Assembly: GCF_006345805.1 (NCBI RefSeq)
Contig: NC_043002.1
Location: 113,584,001 to 113,648,000 of the forward strand
DNA length: 64,000 nucleotides
Direction: 5' to 3'
Origin: Octopus sinensis
Lineage: Eukaryota
The translations under genes and the position numbers were made by a program. The notes beneath the pieces were generated by a model that saw only the letters and a program-made list of their open reading frames with translations, was not told where the DNA came from and searched no databases. Below, piece after piece: positions 49,983 through 63,432 of this stretch (its first letter is position 1; every line of letters begins with the position of its first letter).

Positions 49983-50934
49983 TAATTTATTGCAAATTGT
50001 AGAAAACACTGAAGCCTTTTTGTTTTAATTATTATCAACTGAAAATCAGAGGTAAGGGGGTGTCTCTGCTTCCTTTTATCTCTGAATCTTCTTCATCAAT
50101 AATCTTTTTCACAAAACTTTGAAAAATACTTGTGTGTGTGTGTGTTCAATATTTTTGCTTTTATTGAGGTTTTTTGGGGGGTTTTTTGTTGCCTTTTTTA
50201 TTTTTTGTAAAACTATTTTCATGGATTAATAACACATAGCGAATTGTATCCAGATATTGCAGTACTGAAATACAATAATTATATAATTTCATAATTACTT
50301 TTTTTTTTTTTATGAAATTAGAAATGCAACGCGGAAAATATGCGTAGCGTCAATGAATGTACAAGAATTCGTTTTCAGAAATATATTAAAAAAAATTAAA
50401 ATGGAAAGAATAAACACTGCGACACATGCTTAATTGGCGTTTTGGGTTTATTAAAAATGTCAACGCAAAGTAATATAGAAAGGGGAACAAATCGAAAGAA
50501 TATGAATAAGCATTGAAGGGAGATAACTATTAACTCAAGGAACTTTTTTTTTCTTTAATATAAAGGCGAGAAAATAATTTAAAATATAAGGGAAAAAATC
50601 AGAAAAAAATCAATTATAAAGATATGAACGTTTTTACGGAAACACATCTAAAAAAACAAAAAAAAACGTAAACACATACGTACGTTGTGCAACTTACAAA
50701 AATATAAACTTAGGCTAAGAGAATATAATAACTGAATCATTGAATTCATCTTGGATTTTCATTTCCATAAATAGTTTAAACATTTTTTTGTAATTCATAC
50801 TAATTCATTTTCTTATGTGTAGTTTTGAACCAAAATTGTATTGAAGATATAAATTATATTCTCTACACAATAGAAATGTATAGTATATGAATGCTACAAG
50901 AAAAATATCATTTCACTGTCAGTGTATGAAACTG

Positions 50935-50988
<54 letters not shown>

Positions 50989-52427
50989 GTGAGTGTGCGT
51001 ATGTCATCATAAATATGTAAAAAGAAAACTAGTAACAAGTTTCAATACAGTCAGTATGGCAGGGTTGTTGTATATACAAATATTAACTCAATGTGATAAA
51101 AAAGAAAAAAGAGACACTCGACTCGTGTTGTTTCTAAAACTGAGCTGGTAATAATAATTTCTCACACAATAAAGGTGTCTCCCACTAATTTTAATTGCAG
51201 ATGCTTTGCAATAAATAGCTCTGAATATAGATATTCTGGAATGAGATGAGTTCTATTATGTGGTAATAGTTTTAGAGACATTTCATCGGAGGTAATAATA
51301 ACAAAAATAGATTGAAGAGGAAAAAACGCAAGAAACAAAGATAGAAAGATACAATTAGCAGCAATATCAGTAGAAAGAGAAAAATACCAATAATTGTAAA
51401 ACCTTCTTCAATTAAAGGTTCTATATCAAAACAAACGTGTATATACACAGTCAGTTATACATACATATACATACTCTACCTCCTGTGATCGTAACTTTTT
51501 GTGCAGTGGGAAATATTAGAAAGAGATATAAAAAAAAAATGAGAATGAATTTGATGGTAGATTCTGAGCAATGTTAAGGAATTAACTGCAGCCAGTGACA
51601 GTAGCAAAATTTTATTAAGGTCCCTTGCATACTGTGCACAGAAGTCATTCATAAATTCAGATATTTACACACATACACAAGCTTACAGACATGCATACCT
51701 TTTCTCTTTTCTCTCTGTTTCAGACATCCTAAATGGTTGAATATAACAAGTAAACTAATTCCTCATTTCACAAACTGTTAAATAATTGTTTACTACAATT
51801 ATTGCCGTTGTCACATTTGTGACTTACAATTTAACTAGTAATTTAAAAAATGTCTTCTCACTTCCCTTTATTTCTGTTACATAAGTAGAGAGAAGGATTA
51901 ACTATCAGCATCCATAGAGAATGTCTACAAAAATACAACCTTATGTGCTTACAGCCACCACAACTCAAGCAATCCCATCAGAAGCCTTAGTTTCTTTCTT
52001 TCAACAACCAACAATACTGAACAACCTTTGGATTATCTTTTTTCTTTTTCTTTTTAGAAGAAAAGAAGAGAATGAATACAGGATCATCTGATATATAAAT
52101 CAGTCCAATGTGGTCATTTGATAATGACCAATCAAGTGTGTTCTATTACCATAGTCATCAAATAACTACCAACAAAGTGCAGCTATTTTGATAATTATGA
52201 ACATTCACTGAACATACTATGATAACCAGATAACTCTCAAATTAATATTGTTATCAGATAACTAAAAACATTCAGTATGATATAGCTATCCTCAAATGAT
52301 TATCAAAGTTTGACTAGCAGGGTGTGGCCAGTAGATAACTCTCAAGATTTGATAAGTCAGGTATGATCATAATAATCAAAGCTTGATCCATGTAAGGTGA
52401 ACAACAGAGTAGTGAAACGTAACGTTC

Positions 52428-52703
52428 TCAACTGACAAAAAAACTGGGATCAAGGATGATTGAGCAGCATTGATGATAATGAGTGAAAAGATCAGAGATA
52501 AGTTGAACGTGTTTCCAAGATTGGTCTGCTGGGTCAAAAACTGAAACCATATCAACATACTGATTGTTAGTAAATTTGTAGCCACCTATACAATAGATTT
52601 TATTGTGTCGAATAATAGGATATATACAGGACATTGGTGTCTGTTGAGTTTCATTGGTCAAGCGTGTCCACTGGTCAGTTACAGGATCATATTTCTCACA
52701 ATC
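52428..52703 (-). CDS. Kelch-repeat protein, last coding exon (DCEKYDPVTDQW...IYCIGGY...VFDPADQSW...*)
   Basis: T-rich TTTAG acceptor. In frame with the 57051-57265 exon (QDIK|DCEKYDP). 92 codons including the stop. Confidence 0.92.
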   Translation of the reverse strand, partial: DCEKYDPVTDQWTRLTNETQQTPMSCIYPIIRHNKIYCIGGYKFTNNQYVDMVSVFDPADQSWKHVQLISDLFTHYHQCCSIILDPSFFVS

Positions 52704-53153
52704 CTAAAAAAGAAAAAAAGAAAAAGGATTTTAAAGAAGTGGGATGCCAGTTTAATTCATCAAATATATTCATAACTCAGATCAAGATCAAATAAAATTT
52801 ATGTTCAATACAAATAACACTTGTTCACATGGATATTGTTGGCTTTCAACTTCAAATATTAATATCAAATATTTTGACCAGCAATTTACAGCTGTTTTAG
52901 TCATTGTGTTCTCTGGTTAACTCTGCAAGAACAGAATTATGGCACAGTCGATGGTAAAAACAATCTACAATTCTTGCAGCCCAAATAATACAATACCTTC
53001 CATCATGCAGTGGTAGAGCAAGTGGCATACAAAGCAGAGATCAACCATTTTACTATTTCCTCTGTATATAATCATAAGTTCTTATGGCAGTCGTGTATTC
53101 AGGATGGTTGCTAACCAAGACTTTCGATTTCAGTTGTCAATGATACTGTAGCA

Positions 53154-53481
53154 TTTCGATTTCCAGACCGGGCGTTCTGAGTGTTTATTGAGCGAAAACA
53201 CCTAAAGCTCCACGAGGCTCCGGCAGGGGATGGTGGTGATCCCTGCTGTACTCTTTCACCACAACTCTCTCTCACTCTTACTTCCTGTTTCTGTTGTACC
53301 TGTATTTCAAGGGGCCGGCCTTGTCACTCTCTGTGTCACGCTGAATATCCCCGAGAACTACGTTAAAGATACACGTGTCTGTGGAGTGCTCAGCCACTTA
53401 CACGTTAATTTCACGAGCAGGCTGTTCCGTTGATTCGGATCAACCGGAACACTCATCGTCGTAACCGACGGAGTGCTTCCA
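53154..53481 (+). mobile_element. 5'-truncated SINE family E
   Basis: Near-identical to 58530-58850. TSD GATA(C/T)TGTAGC. Confidence 0.9.
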
Positions 53482-53746
53482 GATATTGTAGCTACTTTGG
53501 CTTGTAGTGTTGTGTATTGGTCTATATCAAATGAAATAAATAATGATTTCAGATGTAAGATGGTGGTGTTGTGTTTTGCTGGGTTTCCTGTAAGTCTGTG
53601 TGGGTTGAAGGAGAATAGAGGATTAGATTTTTCGCCTCATGGGCCTTTATGAGCTGACATCTTTACAAGTGTATGCTATGACAGATGAAGTGAAAAGAGT
53701 ATAATCTTAAATGATTTGATCCAATAATAACTTGTTTTAATATTAA

Positions 53747-54125
53747 TAATAATAATAATAATAATAAAAACATTGTGTACAGTGCTCAGGTGCACTACAA
53801 CTCATCTAAAGTGTATGTATAATCAGGTGTAGTTTCGGCGGATTTAGGAAAGCATGAGGGCCTTAAAGGATGCAGTGTCATGGCAGTCAACAACTGACGC
53901 AGGCAGTTTGTTCCATGCTTCAGCAACTCTGAGCGTGAAAAAATGTTTCCGAAAGTCATGGGAGCTGTGTTGTTTTCTGACTTTGTAGGCATGTCCACGT
54001 GTGTTAGACACATGAAGATCAAAAAGGTGTTCAGTGTTGTTGTTGGTGAGGTGGTTGATAACTTTGTGGGTGTTTACCAAGTCCATCGCCAGACGCCGGA
54101 GCTTCAGTGAATCCATGCCCAGAAG
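53747..54125 (-). mobile_element. CR1-type LINE 3' fragment with (TTA)n tail
   Basis: TRGHAYKV...RKHFFTLRVAEAWNKLP motif. A related fragment lies at about 25085-25146. Confidence 0.85.
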
Positions 54126-54862
54126 CTAATACAGATAAATCTCTGACAAAGTCATCATATAACCAATGCAGCAATGGAAAAAGAAATAGATTATATTGTA
54201 ATAGTAAAGTAAGTGTTGTAATATTTCAGTTGATGAAGACAATAATCTGATACTTAATTCCAAGCTAAATTAACTGAAACAGATAAACAAAGGTACAATG
54301 TTAAAAGACAAGAGGCAAACTTACAATAGGATTTTAACTGATAACATTGTATAACATTTTTTTTTTTTTGTCTGTCTTTGGTCAGTAAGTTGTTATTTCC
54401 TAATTGCTTCTATCTAGAAATCAAAGGAAATTACTACTATTCCCTTCAAACTTTGCTTTTGTCACCTGGACATCCATCTTTCGAAACTGACCTATTTTGC
54501 ATTACATTACAGAAAGGTTCAGTGCTGAGATGCTGAAAGCTCAATATCACAGATTTGCTTGTCAGTGAGCATGTCCCTTGATAGCTGACAATATATGCAT
54601 CTCTGATCATGAGCAGGAGTGGTTAGGGAGCATCATAGCCATGTGCAGAGAGGGAATCTTTGGGGTTTGAACAAATGTAACAAAAACAATGTTTGAAGGC
54701 AATATTAGCCATTTTTCATACTTTCTAGGAGTAAGTAAATAGGAAATGACAGCTGCTACCCAAGGACAAAAATTATGTTGCACATTGTAATCTTTATGTG
54801 AACAGTCCAGTCAGACACAGCACCTCTCAACCCAGACTATTTGTTTTTGTCCATTTTACTAA

Positions 54863-55260
54863 TCTTTATATATAAAAGTGAGGTTGTGTGCTATCTGTCT
54901 CCTATGATTTAGATTCCTAACTACTCCCACATTTTGCGGTGCAGTGTAACCAAAAGCGGGTATCTTATAGTCGTGATTCATATCGAGCCCTTCTGGGTAT
55001 TAGCGCGCGTCTACGATGAGTCTACGATTAAAAAAAAAAATTACCATCATTTTTTTTCCATTTTAATGCATTTTTGGCATATATAAGGGAAGTTACTCTC
55101 TAAAAATTTATTATTAAATCTCAGAACGTAAAAAGCTACACTAACACCCCCCCCCTTTGTGGTTAGCCATATTGAGATGGCTATTATACTTTACATCTCT
55201 AAAAATGCTTATATAGTTATTTCCCTTACAAACCCGAGCAACGCCAGGCGATACTGCTAG
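54863..55260 (+). mobile_element. Non-autonomous Helitron
   Basis: Same family. Confidence 0.9.
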
Positions 55261-55869
55261 TTTGGATATATATTGAATGAGTTTAAGATATCAGATATTT
55301 TTAATGACTCTTTTTCCTGGCTGTAAAACATGCGTCCCAGTTCTGAGTCATTTCTTCATCACCATTGTTTTTATACCCAATTTTTCAATGCTAACAAGGG
55401 TTAGTTGAGACTTAGTAGGGCAGCATGCCATGCCTGCATTACAAGTAAGTTATTTTTATTCCACTCATTCTCACATACTGAAATGGACAAAACCAGCAAA
55501 CTACAGGTGATATGATTTACAGGAGAAATAAGCATACTGTATTCTCCAGCATACAGGTTGGATTTTTCAGACCAAAATTTACAGACGAAAAAATAGATAG
55601 ATTGACTTATACATCAAGTCAACTTTGTAGGACCAAAAATTCCATATGAAACTCAGAAGGATTCGGAAAGATAGTGATAATGTCCAAATGTTTACACTTA
55701 CTATGTCGACTTGTATGCAGAGGGGCAGTGTGAAGGTACATCAAAATAGACATACACAATTCTATTTATTACAAGAAACTAAATATTCTTAGATTCTTGT
55801 TCTTGTCTCAGGATGAAAACCTTCCTCAAGGCTGTACTACTTCTAAACTAATTTTACATAATTGTTTCT

Positions 55870-56370
55870 GTGAAAATCAAAATCAAAATCAAACCAAATC
55901 AAATCAGATATCAGAAAGCAGAACCAAAATTGAAGTCGATCAACATCAATGGAAATTGCAGCTGTGATACCAGTGCCGGTGACAAGTAAGCGAACCATCC
56001 GATCGTGTCCGTTGCCAGCGCCGCCCCGACTGGCCTCCGTGCCGGTGGCATGTAAAAAGCACCATCCGTTCATGGCTGTTGCCAGCCTCGCCTGGCCCCC
56101 GTGCTGGTGGCACGTAAAAAGCACCATCCGATCGTGGCCGTTGCCAGCCTCGCCTGGCCCCCGTGCCGGTGGCACGTAAAAAGCACCATCCGTCCGTGGC
56201 CAGCTGCGGGTGGCACGTCAAAAGCACCCACTACACTCTCGGAGTGGTTGGCGTTAGGAAGGGCATCCAGCCGTAGAAACACTGCCAGATCAGACTGGGC
56301 CTGATGCAGCCTTCTGGCTTCACAGACCCCAGTTGAACCGTCCAACCCATGCTAGCATGGAAAGCGGACT
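55870..56370 (+). mobile_element. Long RTE 3'-UTR copy with several tandem ~60-nt units
   Basis: Repeated GTGCCGGTGGCACGTAAAAAGCACC units, then the terminal module. Confidence 0.88.
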
Positions 56371-56624
56371 TTGAGATTCTGATGATGTGATTGTTTATTT
56401 TTAGAATGACCAATAGTATAGGTGTGAGGGTTTAGATCTGACCAATAAAACAGGTAGAATATTTTGGTTGGATATGGCTAGTTTAAATGCTAAATGGTTA
56501 AAAGCCAAACACTGATTATTGTGTGATTCCTATATAATAGAGGGGCCACACTTTCATACAATTTGAACTCAAGCCTTTGCTTTCACAGTCCTACGATTCT
56601 GATATTCTATGAATATTATTGGAG

Positions 56625-56926
56625 ATGTACTCGCATAGCAAGTGACCTGATCTGAGATCGTGTGCTGGAACGAAAACAATTGCAGCATGGAAGGTGTTTG
56701 TAAGCCATTTAAGAAACACACAAAAGCCGTTCAATTCACTTCAACATTTAAGTTCAATTTGTCAAAATATTTTCGTCGCTAAAATCCGTGATCTGTTACG
56801 GATTTTTGTCAGTGAACAGGTCACGGATTTTAGCGACGAAAATATTTTGACAAATTAAACTTAAATGTGAATTGAACGGCTTTTGTGTGTTTCTTAAATG
56901 GCTTACAAAAACCTTCCACGCTGCAA
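56625..56926. mobile_element. Foldback element, arms 56680-56797 / 56815-56926
   Basis: Inverted arms of about 115 bp with a short spacer. Hammerhead-like motif on the + strand. Confidence 0.75.
56806..56853 (+). ncRNA. Type I minimal hammerhead-like motif with swapped G3-C8 core (GTGAACA)
   Basis: TTGTCA GTGAACA G GTC...GAC GAA AATATT T TGACAA. Confidence 0.55.
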
Positions 56927-57050
56927 ATGAATATTATTATTTATTCAATAACTAAAATGCAATATTGTGTGTCTTTAAGTGTTTTATAAACATACATAAA
57001 TACTCTTCAACAAGTAAACACATAAGACAATAAAAAAGATGTTGACTTAC

Positions 57051-57265
57051 TTTGATGTCTTGTATTAAGCCTTGTTGCATAGTACACCCTCCAACAGCAT
57101 AGATATATCCATTGACAGACGCCATGGCATGGCAGGAACGCCTTTGTATCATGGACTCCCTTCTTTTCCAATCTTTCACAAGTGGATCGTAGCTGACAAC
57201 ATCATTTAACAAATCTGTCCCATCATGCCCGCCGGATATGTACAACTGATTGTTTAAAACACAAC
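57051..57265 (-). CDS. Kelch-repeat protein, penultimate coding exon
   Basis: Kelch motifs LYISGG...YDP...W and IYAVGG. TTTACAG acceptor, GTAAGT donor, 215 nt, phase 0 out. Confidence 0.92.
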
Positions 57266-58521
57266 CTGTAAATAAAAACGTAATTTTATCAACACAGGAC
57301 TTGATTGAATATACATATAACATAAAAGTGATACAAAAGCAGTTTTATTCTTAATTTTTTTTATCGATTTTCATAATGTGGATTAAATAATTCTGCAGTA
57401 TAACACTTTTTACAAGACGATACTGTGTCCACAAATCCATTCAACCAGGATTCGTCATTCTTTTGTGGAATAAATTCCGTTCCACACGATTTCTCTTTGA
57501 AACATAGGTTAGCAAGAGTAATTCAAGGGGGATAACTCCAAATTAACCTATCGAAATGACCAAAAATTTTTTTCTCTAATTTTTAACATTCAGTTTTATT
57601 TTTTTTCATTCTTAAAAAGTTTTTCTCTTAAATTCGCAACAATTTGAATGGGGAGAAAATTTAATTGCAATTAAAGATTTCTCAGCCTCGAATAATTGCA
57701 CTGTTTCATTTAAATAAAATCGCCAGTTTCAATAGTTCTTAAGTTTTGAAGACATAACCTACACAAAAGTACGTAGCTAAAATAATTTGTAAATCTGAAC
57801 ATAAAAGCTGTCTGTATTTACATTGTAGCAAGTCTTAAAAGGCGGCAATCTGACGTAATGGTCGTCTGCCCGAATATGCATAACTGGTGGTAAACCCATT
57901 GGTTAAAAGTACTGCCCAGATACGAATTCTAAACTTTCGTCAAAGAAATCTTTCACGAAATACGGTTCTTAGAATTCGGATATGAGCAGTTATAAAAACT
58001 CTGATTGTAGAATGTTACTAAACTCCACGACCATCTCTCCTTGAGATATTGGCTATTTTTTATGTCTTGTCTATCCAACAAGACTTATTTGAATTGTTGT
58101 GAACTCTAGTAGTTAGTAAGAAAGATTAGCTAGTGTGACTTTTAAGTCGTAATTCTCTACGACAAAGTAACTTTACTTTCAATTGTACTATAAATGCTAA
58201 ATGTACATAAACTAGTGTAGTAATTATTTTCTCTTTCTTCATATTCTTCAACTTGTTAAAGAAATTTATTTCTGCAATTGTGAAATTGTGTATTTTTTTT
58301 ATAGCGGTTAAAAGAACACGAATTTATTTATCTTCAACATATATGCACGCATAAAATGTCCGTTAGCTTTTCAGAGAATATATTTCTCGCTATGACGTTT
58401 ATGTAGCTGGAATCAGGATTTATGTATAATGATAACACTTATAAGTAAGTTATAAGTAACGTGTCTATCAATATATATTCCTACTTCAAAAGTGAAATAT
58501 ATTTATTATTTAATTCCAAAT

Positions 58522-58909
58522 GGGTGGAAGCACTCCGTCGTTACGACGACGAGGGTTCCGGTTGATCCGAATCAACGGAACAGCCTGCTCGTGAAATTAA
58601 CGTGTAAGTGGCTGAGCACTCCACAGACACGTGTACCCTTACCGTAGTTCTCGGGGATATTCAGCGTGACACAGAGAGTGACAAGGCCGGCCCTTTGAAA
58701 TACAGGTACAACAGAAACAGGAAGTAAGAGTGAGAGAAAGTTGTGGTGAAAGAGTACAGCAGGGATCACCACCATCCCCTGCCGGAGCCTCGTGGAGCTT
58801 TTAGGTGTTTTCGCTCAATAAACACTCACAACGCCCGGTCTGGGAATCGAAACCGCGATCCTATGACCGCGAGTCCGCTGCCCTAACCACTGGGCCATTG
58901 CGCCTCCAC
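58522..58909 (-). mobile_element. tRNA-derived SINE family E, young full-length copy
   Basis: Head GGCCCAGTGGTTAGGGC...GGTTTCGATTCCC. 12-bp TSD TTAATTCCAAAT (58510-58521 / 58910-58921). Confidence 0.92.
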
Positions 58910-59891
58910 TTAATTCCAAATAGGAAACATATAAAAGTAGTGTTACACAAATGGTAACAAAACGCGGCTATAAAAACATTTTCTCGTCATTCAGCTTTGA
59001 TTTTTGCACACCTAACAGCAGAAGCATTCCGGCATTGACCATCGTATCTTTTATTCAGACGTGAGTGAATCTAGAGTTATTATATGGTATTCTTCCTAAA
59101 GTTATTTAAAGCCTGTAGGAATAGTTTGGCTGCTATTTTTAGCCCATCTAGTAACTGCGTTGGAGCTCGTTTGTATTAATGCAACTGAATGTAGTGACAT
59201 TGCCGATTGTAACAGTTTATCACAAGATGATATTTCTACAACGTATACACAGACACTTGTACACGGTCAGTCAATTTGCTAGAAAAAACGGCCAACTCCC
59301 TCTCTCGAAAATCACAGCCTTTAAAAGAAAAAAGCAAGTCACATTAGATAATGTAAACTTTGGTACATAAAACGACAGGTTGGTCACAGCTGGACACCTC
59401 TAATCACAGGTCTGCTTGACCAGAACTGATTTAGTGCTAAACAACTACAATAGTTTGAATTCCTTTCATGAATAAACAACTTGGGAAGTATATAATTACA
59501 CTTGAGTTATTTCCCTTCTTAGGGATCTTTTCTTCAACACACACACACACATTATTTCTTTTATTTTCTATTTGTTTATACTGTGGCCATGCAGGACAGC
59601 ACCTTCTAGGCTTACAAGCAAACGAATCTACACCAGTACTTATGTTTTTAAAACACACACACATACACAGAAGGCTTCTTTCAGTTTCTGGCTACCAAAT
59701 CCACTCAGAAGGATTTGGTCGCCACCAGGCTACAGTAGAAGACATTTGCCCAAGGTGCCACACAATGGTTCTGACACCTGAACAATATGGTTGGGAAGCA
59801 AACTTCTAATCACACAGCCACCTGTGCACATCATCATTTAGCTTCCGTTTCCCAGGCTGGATGGGCTGTGTATAAATACATATATATAATA

Positions 59892-60289
59892 CTAGCAGTA
59901 TCGCCCGGCGTTGCTCGGGTTTGTAAGGGAAATAACTATATAAACATTTTTAGAGATGTAAAGTATAATAGCCATCTCAATATGGCTAACCACAAAGGGG
60001 GAGGAGGTGTTACTGTAGCTTTTTACGTTCTGAGATTTAATAATAAATTTTTAAAGAGTTACTTCCCTTATATAATAGCAAAAAAATGCATTAAAATGGG
60101 AAAAAATTATGGTAAATTTTTTTTTAAATCGTAGACTCATCGTAGACGCGCGCTAATACCCAGAAGGGCTTGATATGAATCACGACTATAAGATACCTGC
60201 TTTTGGTTAAACTACACCGCAAAATGTGGGAGTAGTTAGGAATCTAAATCGTAGGAGACAGACACTACACAACCTTTTATATATATAGA
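59892..60289 (-). mobile_element. Non-autonomous Helitron
   Basis: Same family. Confidence 0.9.
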
Positions 60290-61090
60290 TATATGTTATA
60301 TCTTCTTTTTTTGTTAGGAAGTTAAATGTGATGACTGGTCAGAGAGTGACCTATAAAGCACTTAGAAGTATAAGTGCTCAAATGACTGTTTGACTCTGAT
60401 AAGTCGCCTCTACGGCTCAGTGCTTTGTGACCAGGCCATTACATGTAACTTCTGAAATAAAGTATATTAATGCTCTAATGCTTTAGAATGTGCATCTTTT
60501 TCAGATATATGAACTTTAACTGGATGGCATGTTGCGTTCTTGAGTAAAACACTTCATTTCACATTGTTCCAGCCCCACTTCAATCAGGGTGGAGGATGTT
60601 GGCCTGCTCGCCTAGCCAGCCGGGTGTCGTCATTTGAAGGCTAAAACAATGCAGTGGTGTGTAACACCTGATAGCCTGTTCAGTCACAATATCACATGAT
60701 AATTAAATACATTGTATCTTCATTTGATACATGAAATTGCTTCCTTTGTTTCAGTTAGACTTAGGGAATATCTATGGTTCTAGCACTGGTCTGTTTCACT
60801 TCTTTTGATAGGAGCACAAAACGAAAGAGACTGTGAGAAGAATTTTTGCTGCTAAAGTGATACTGAATGCTAAGAAAATGGAGAAATGTGTCAACAAAGT
60901 GATTAAACCAAGAAATGGTAATTATAAGGTTTGTCTGCTTATTGCATGCATAAATCCAATAAAGTTATCATCAACTCAATTCCACAATTAAGACTTCAGT
61001 TAAACAGAGGTTACAGGTGAAAACATTTACTCAAGGTATTATGCAATATGATTGAACATAGTCTCTCATGATTGTAAATTGTTCTTCTTA

Positions 61091-61380
61091 GTGGAGGCAC
61101 ATGGTCAAGTGGTTAGAGCAGCAGACTCACGGTCGAGAGATCACAGGTTCGAATCTCAGACTGGGCGATGCGTGTGTTTATGAGCGAAATACCTAAGCTC
61201 CATGCGGCTCCAGCAGAAGGTAGTGGCGAACTTCTGCTGACTCTTTTGCCACAACTTTCTCTCACTCTTTCCTCCTGCATCTTGCAGCTCATCTGCGATG
61301 GACCGGCGTCCCATCCAAGTGGGGAACCTATACACCAAGGAAACCGGCCCTTATGAGCCAGGCATAGCTCAAGAAGCAAC
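61091..61380 (+). mobile_element. SINE with a family-E head and a V-domain-like 3' part
   Basis: CTGCGATGGACCGGCGTCCCATCCA motif after an E-type middle region. Confidence 0.7.
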
Positions 61381-62516
61381 AAACTGAAAAAGTGTTCTTC
61401 TTAACTATTCAGCCATGTCTACACAAACACACACATATATACAATTATGTGCATGTGAATGTGTATTCATGGAAGTATATGAAATTGTGTGTATTTGTAT
61501 GGATGCATATATTTGAGCAAGAGACGGTATTTCACATTGTTCCAATCCAGGGCCATTCTGTATCACATCGAATCTCCCTGAGAACTACATTGATGATACA
61601 CACACCTGTGGAGTGCCCATCCACTTGCAAGTTAATTTCATGGCCAGGTTGTTTCATTGATCAAATCAACAGGAACACTCATCATCATAACAGATAGAGT
61701 GCCAGGCGACACACACACACACGTGTGTGTGTGTCGCCTGGCACTCTTTATGTGTGTGTGCATGCACATGGAATCATGGGTTTAGCAGTCAAAAAAGTTA
61801 ATGTCTACCAAGTTCACTCACAAAACTGGTTGGTCCGATTCTATAGAAGAAAGTTGTCCAAGGTATCATGCAATGGATGAGGTGTGTGTGGGTGTTCATT
61901 CATAGGCCTAAAAGCTGGTTTTGGGAATTTGGTGGAAACCTTTAAGATTATATCAATTATGTATTTACTTATAAATGTATTTATCAGGCTTTTTTTGTAT
62001 GTATGTGTGTGTGTGTGTGTATGTTATATATATAAGGAAATTTCATAGTAGTTTGTATGTGTGTAAAGTTGTTTGGTTAAAAGTGAAATAATTATAGGAT
62101 ACATTTATCATTACGTATAAATGTAAAATGTATGTGCACTTACAAGGTGTAATTCTAGAATGAATACTGGATGTAATTCTATTGTAGTATCATTATATGT
62201 GAACAGACATATCATAATGGGTAAGACTAAGTCTGTAAAAACAATCCTTATAAGGATACCCTATAGAATTTAATTCCGTTTTTTAAGAACTAATTCATAA
62301 TTCCAAATGAATGGATATAAATAGGAAAAAGTATTAATATATAAGCATGATTGTAAGCTTCATATCTCGCTTACACAAGAATGGAAAGTGTGAGTGTATG
62401 TTTAGATAAATATATGTATGAATATAGCACAACCCATACCAGCATGGAAAATGGATGTTAAATGATGATGATGATGATATATGCTAAAGTGGAATAAATG
62501 TATATGTATGTATATA

Positions 62517-62743
62517 GGCGAGATGGCAGAAACGTTAGCGCACCGGGCGAAATGCTTAGCGGTATTTCGCCTGTCGTTACGTTGTGAGTTCAAATTCCAC
62601 CGAGGTCGACTCTGCCTTTCATCCTTTCGGGGTCGATAAATAAAGTACCAATTTTGCACTGGGATCGATGTAATCGACTTAATCCCTTTGTCTGTCCTTG
62701 TTTGTCCCCTCTATGTTTAGCTCCTTGTGGGTAGTAAAGAAAT
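62517..62743 (+). mobile_element. SINE family A
   Basis: Homology to family A. Confidence 0.9.
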
Positions 62744-63134
62744 ATATATGTATGTATATATATGTGTGTACAAGTAAATTTGTTAGTTTAATAGCCCCTC
62801 TCAATGAAAAGCAAGAGGGCAAAGACTTTGGTGGTGATACTATATATCTAAAATTGAATCTGCAAGGTGGTAGTTCGCTGAGTTAAGAAAGAGAACATAC
62901 GTCATTGGTTTTCTTTGAAGTGGAACAGAAACAGACACAAGAGATAAGTAATTGTTAATGGCTTATATTTAGATGCCTTTCTTTCCTAAAATTCCAGATA
63001 TTGCTGGCCTTGTGGCAAAATTTGAAATCAATATATATTTTAAACACCCACTTCAACACATATTCATATTTAATATATATTCTAGTTAAATCTTTTAACA
63101 TAATGTTTTATCTTTTTAATATAAAAATAAATTA

Positions 63135-63432
63135 TCCGGGCCAACCAATGCCTTGTGAGTGGATTTGGTAGACGGAAACTGAAAGAAGCCTGTCGTATAT
63201 ATGTATATATATGTACGTGTATGTGTGTTTTTGTGTGTCTGTGTTTGTCCCCCTAGCATTGCTTGACAACCGATGCTGGTGTGTTTACGTCCCCGTCACT
63301 TAGCGGTTCGGCAAATGAGACCGATAGAATAAGTACTGGGCTTACAAAGAATAAGTCCCGGGGTCGATTTGCTCGACTAAAGGCGGTGCTCCAGCATGGC
63401 TGCAATCAAATGACTGAAACAAGTAAAGAGTA
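63135..63432 (+). mobile_element. 5'-truncated SINE family B
   Basis: Homology to family B. Confidence 0.88.

Noticed and set aside
57837-57902. AAAAGGCGGC, TGACGTAA and ATTGG cluster resembling a promoter
   Set aside because: Short motifs only, with no linked exon.
58830-58909. tRNA-like sequences at SINE heads
   Set aside because: No complete cloverleaf. These are SINE heads, not tRNA genes.
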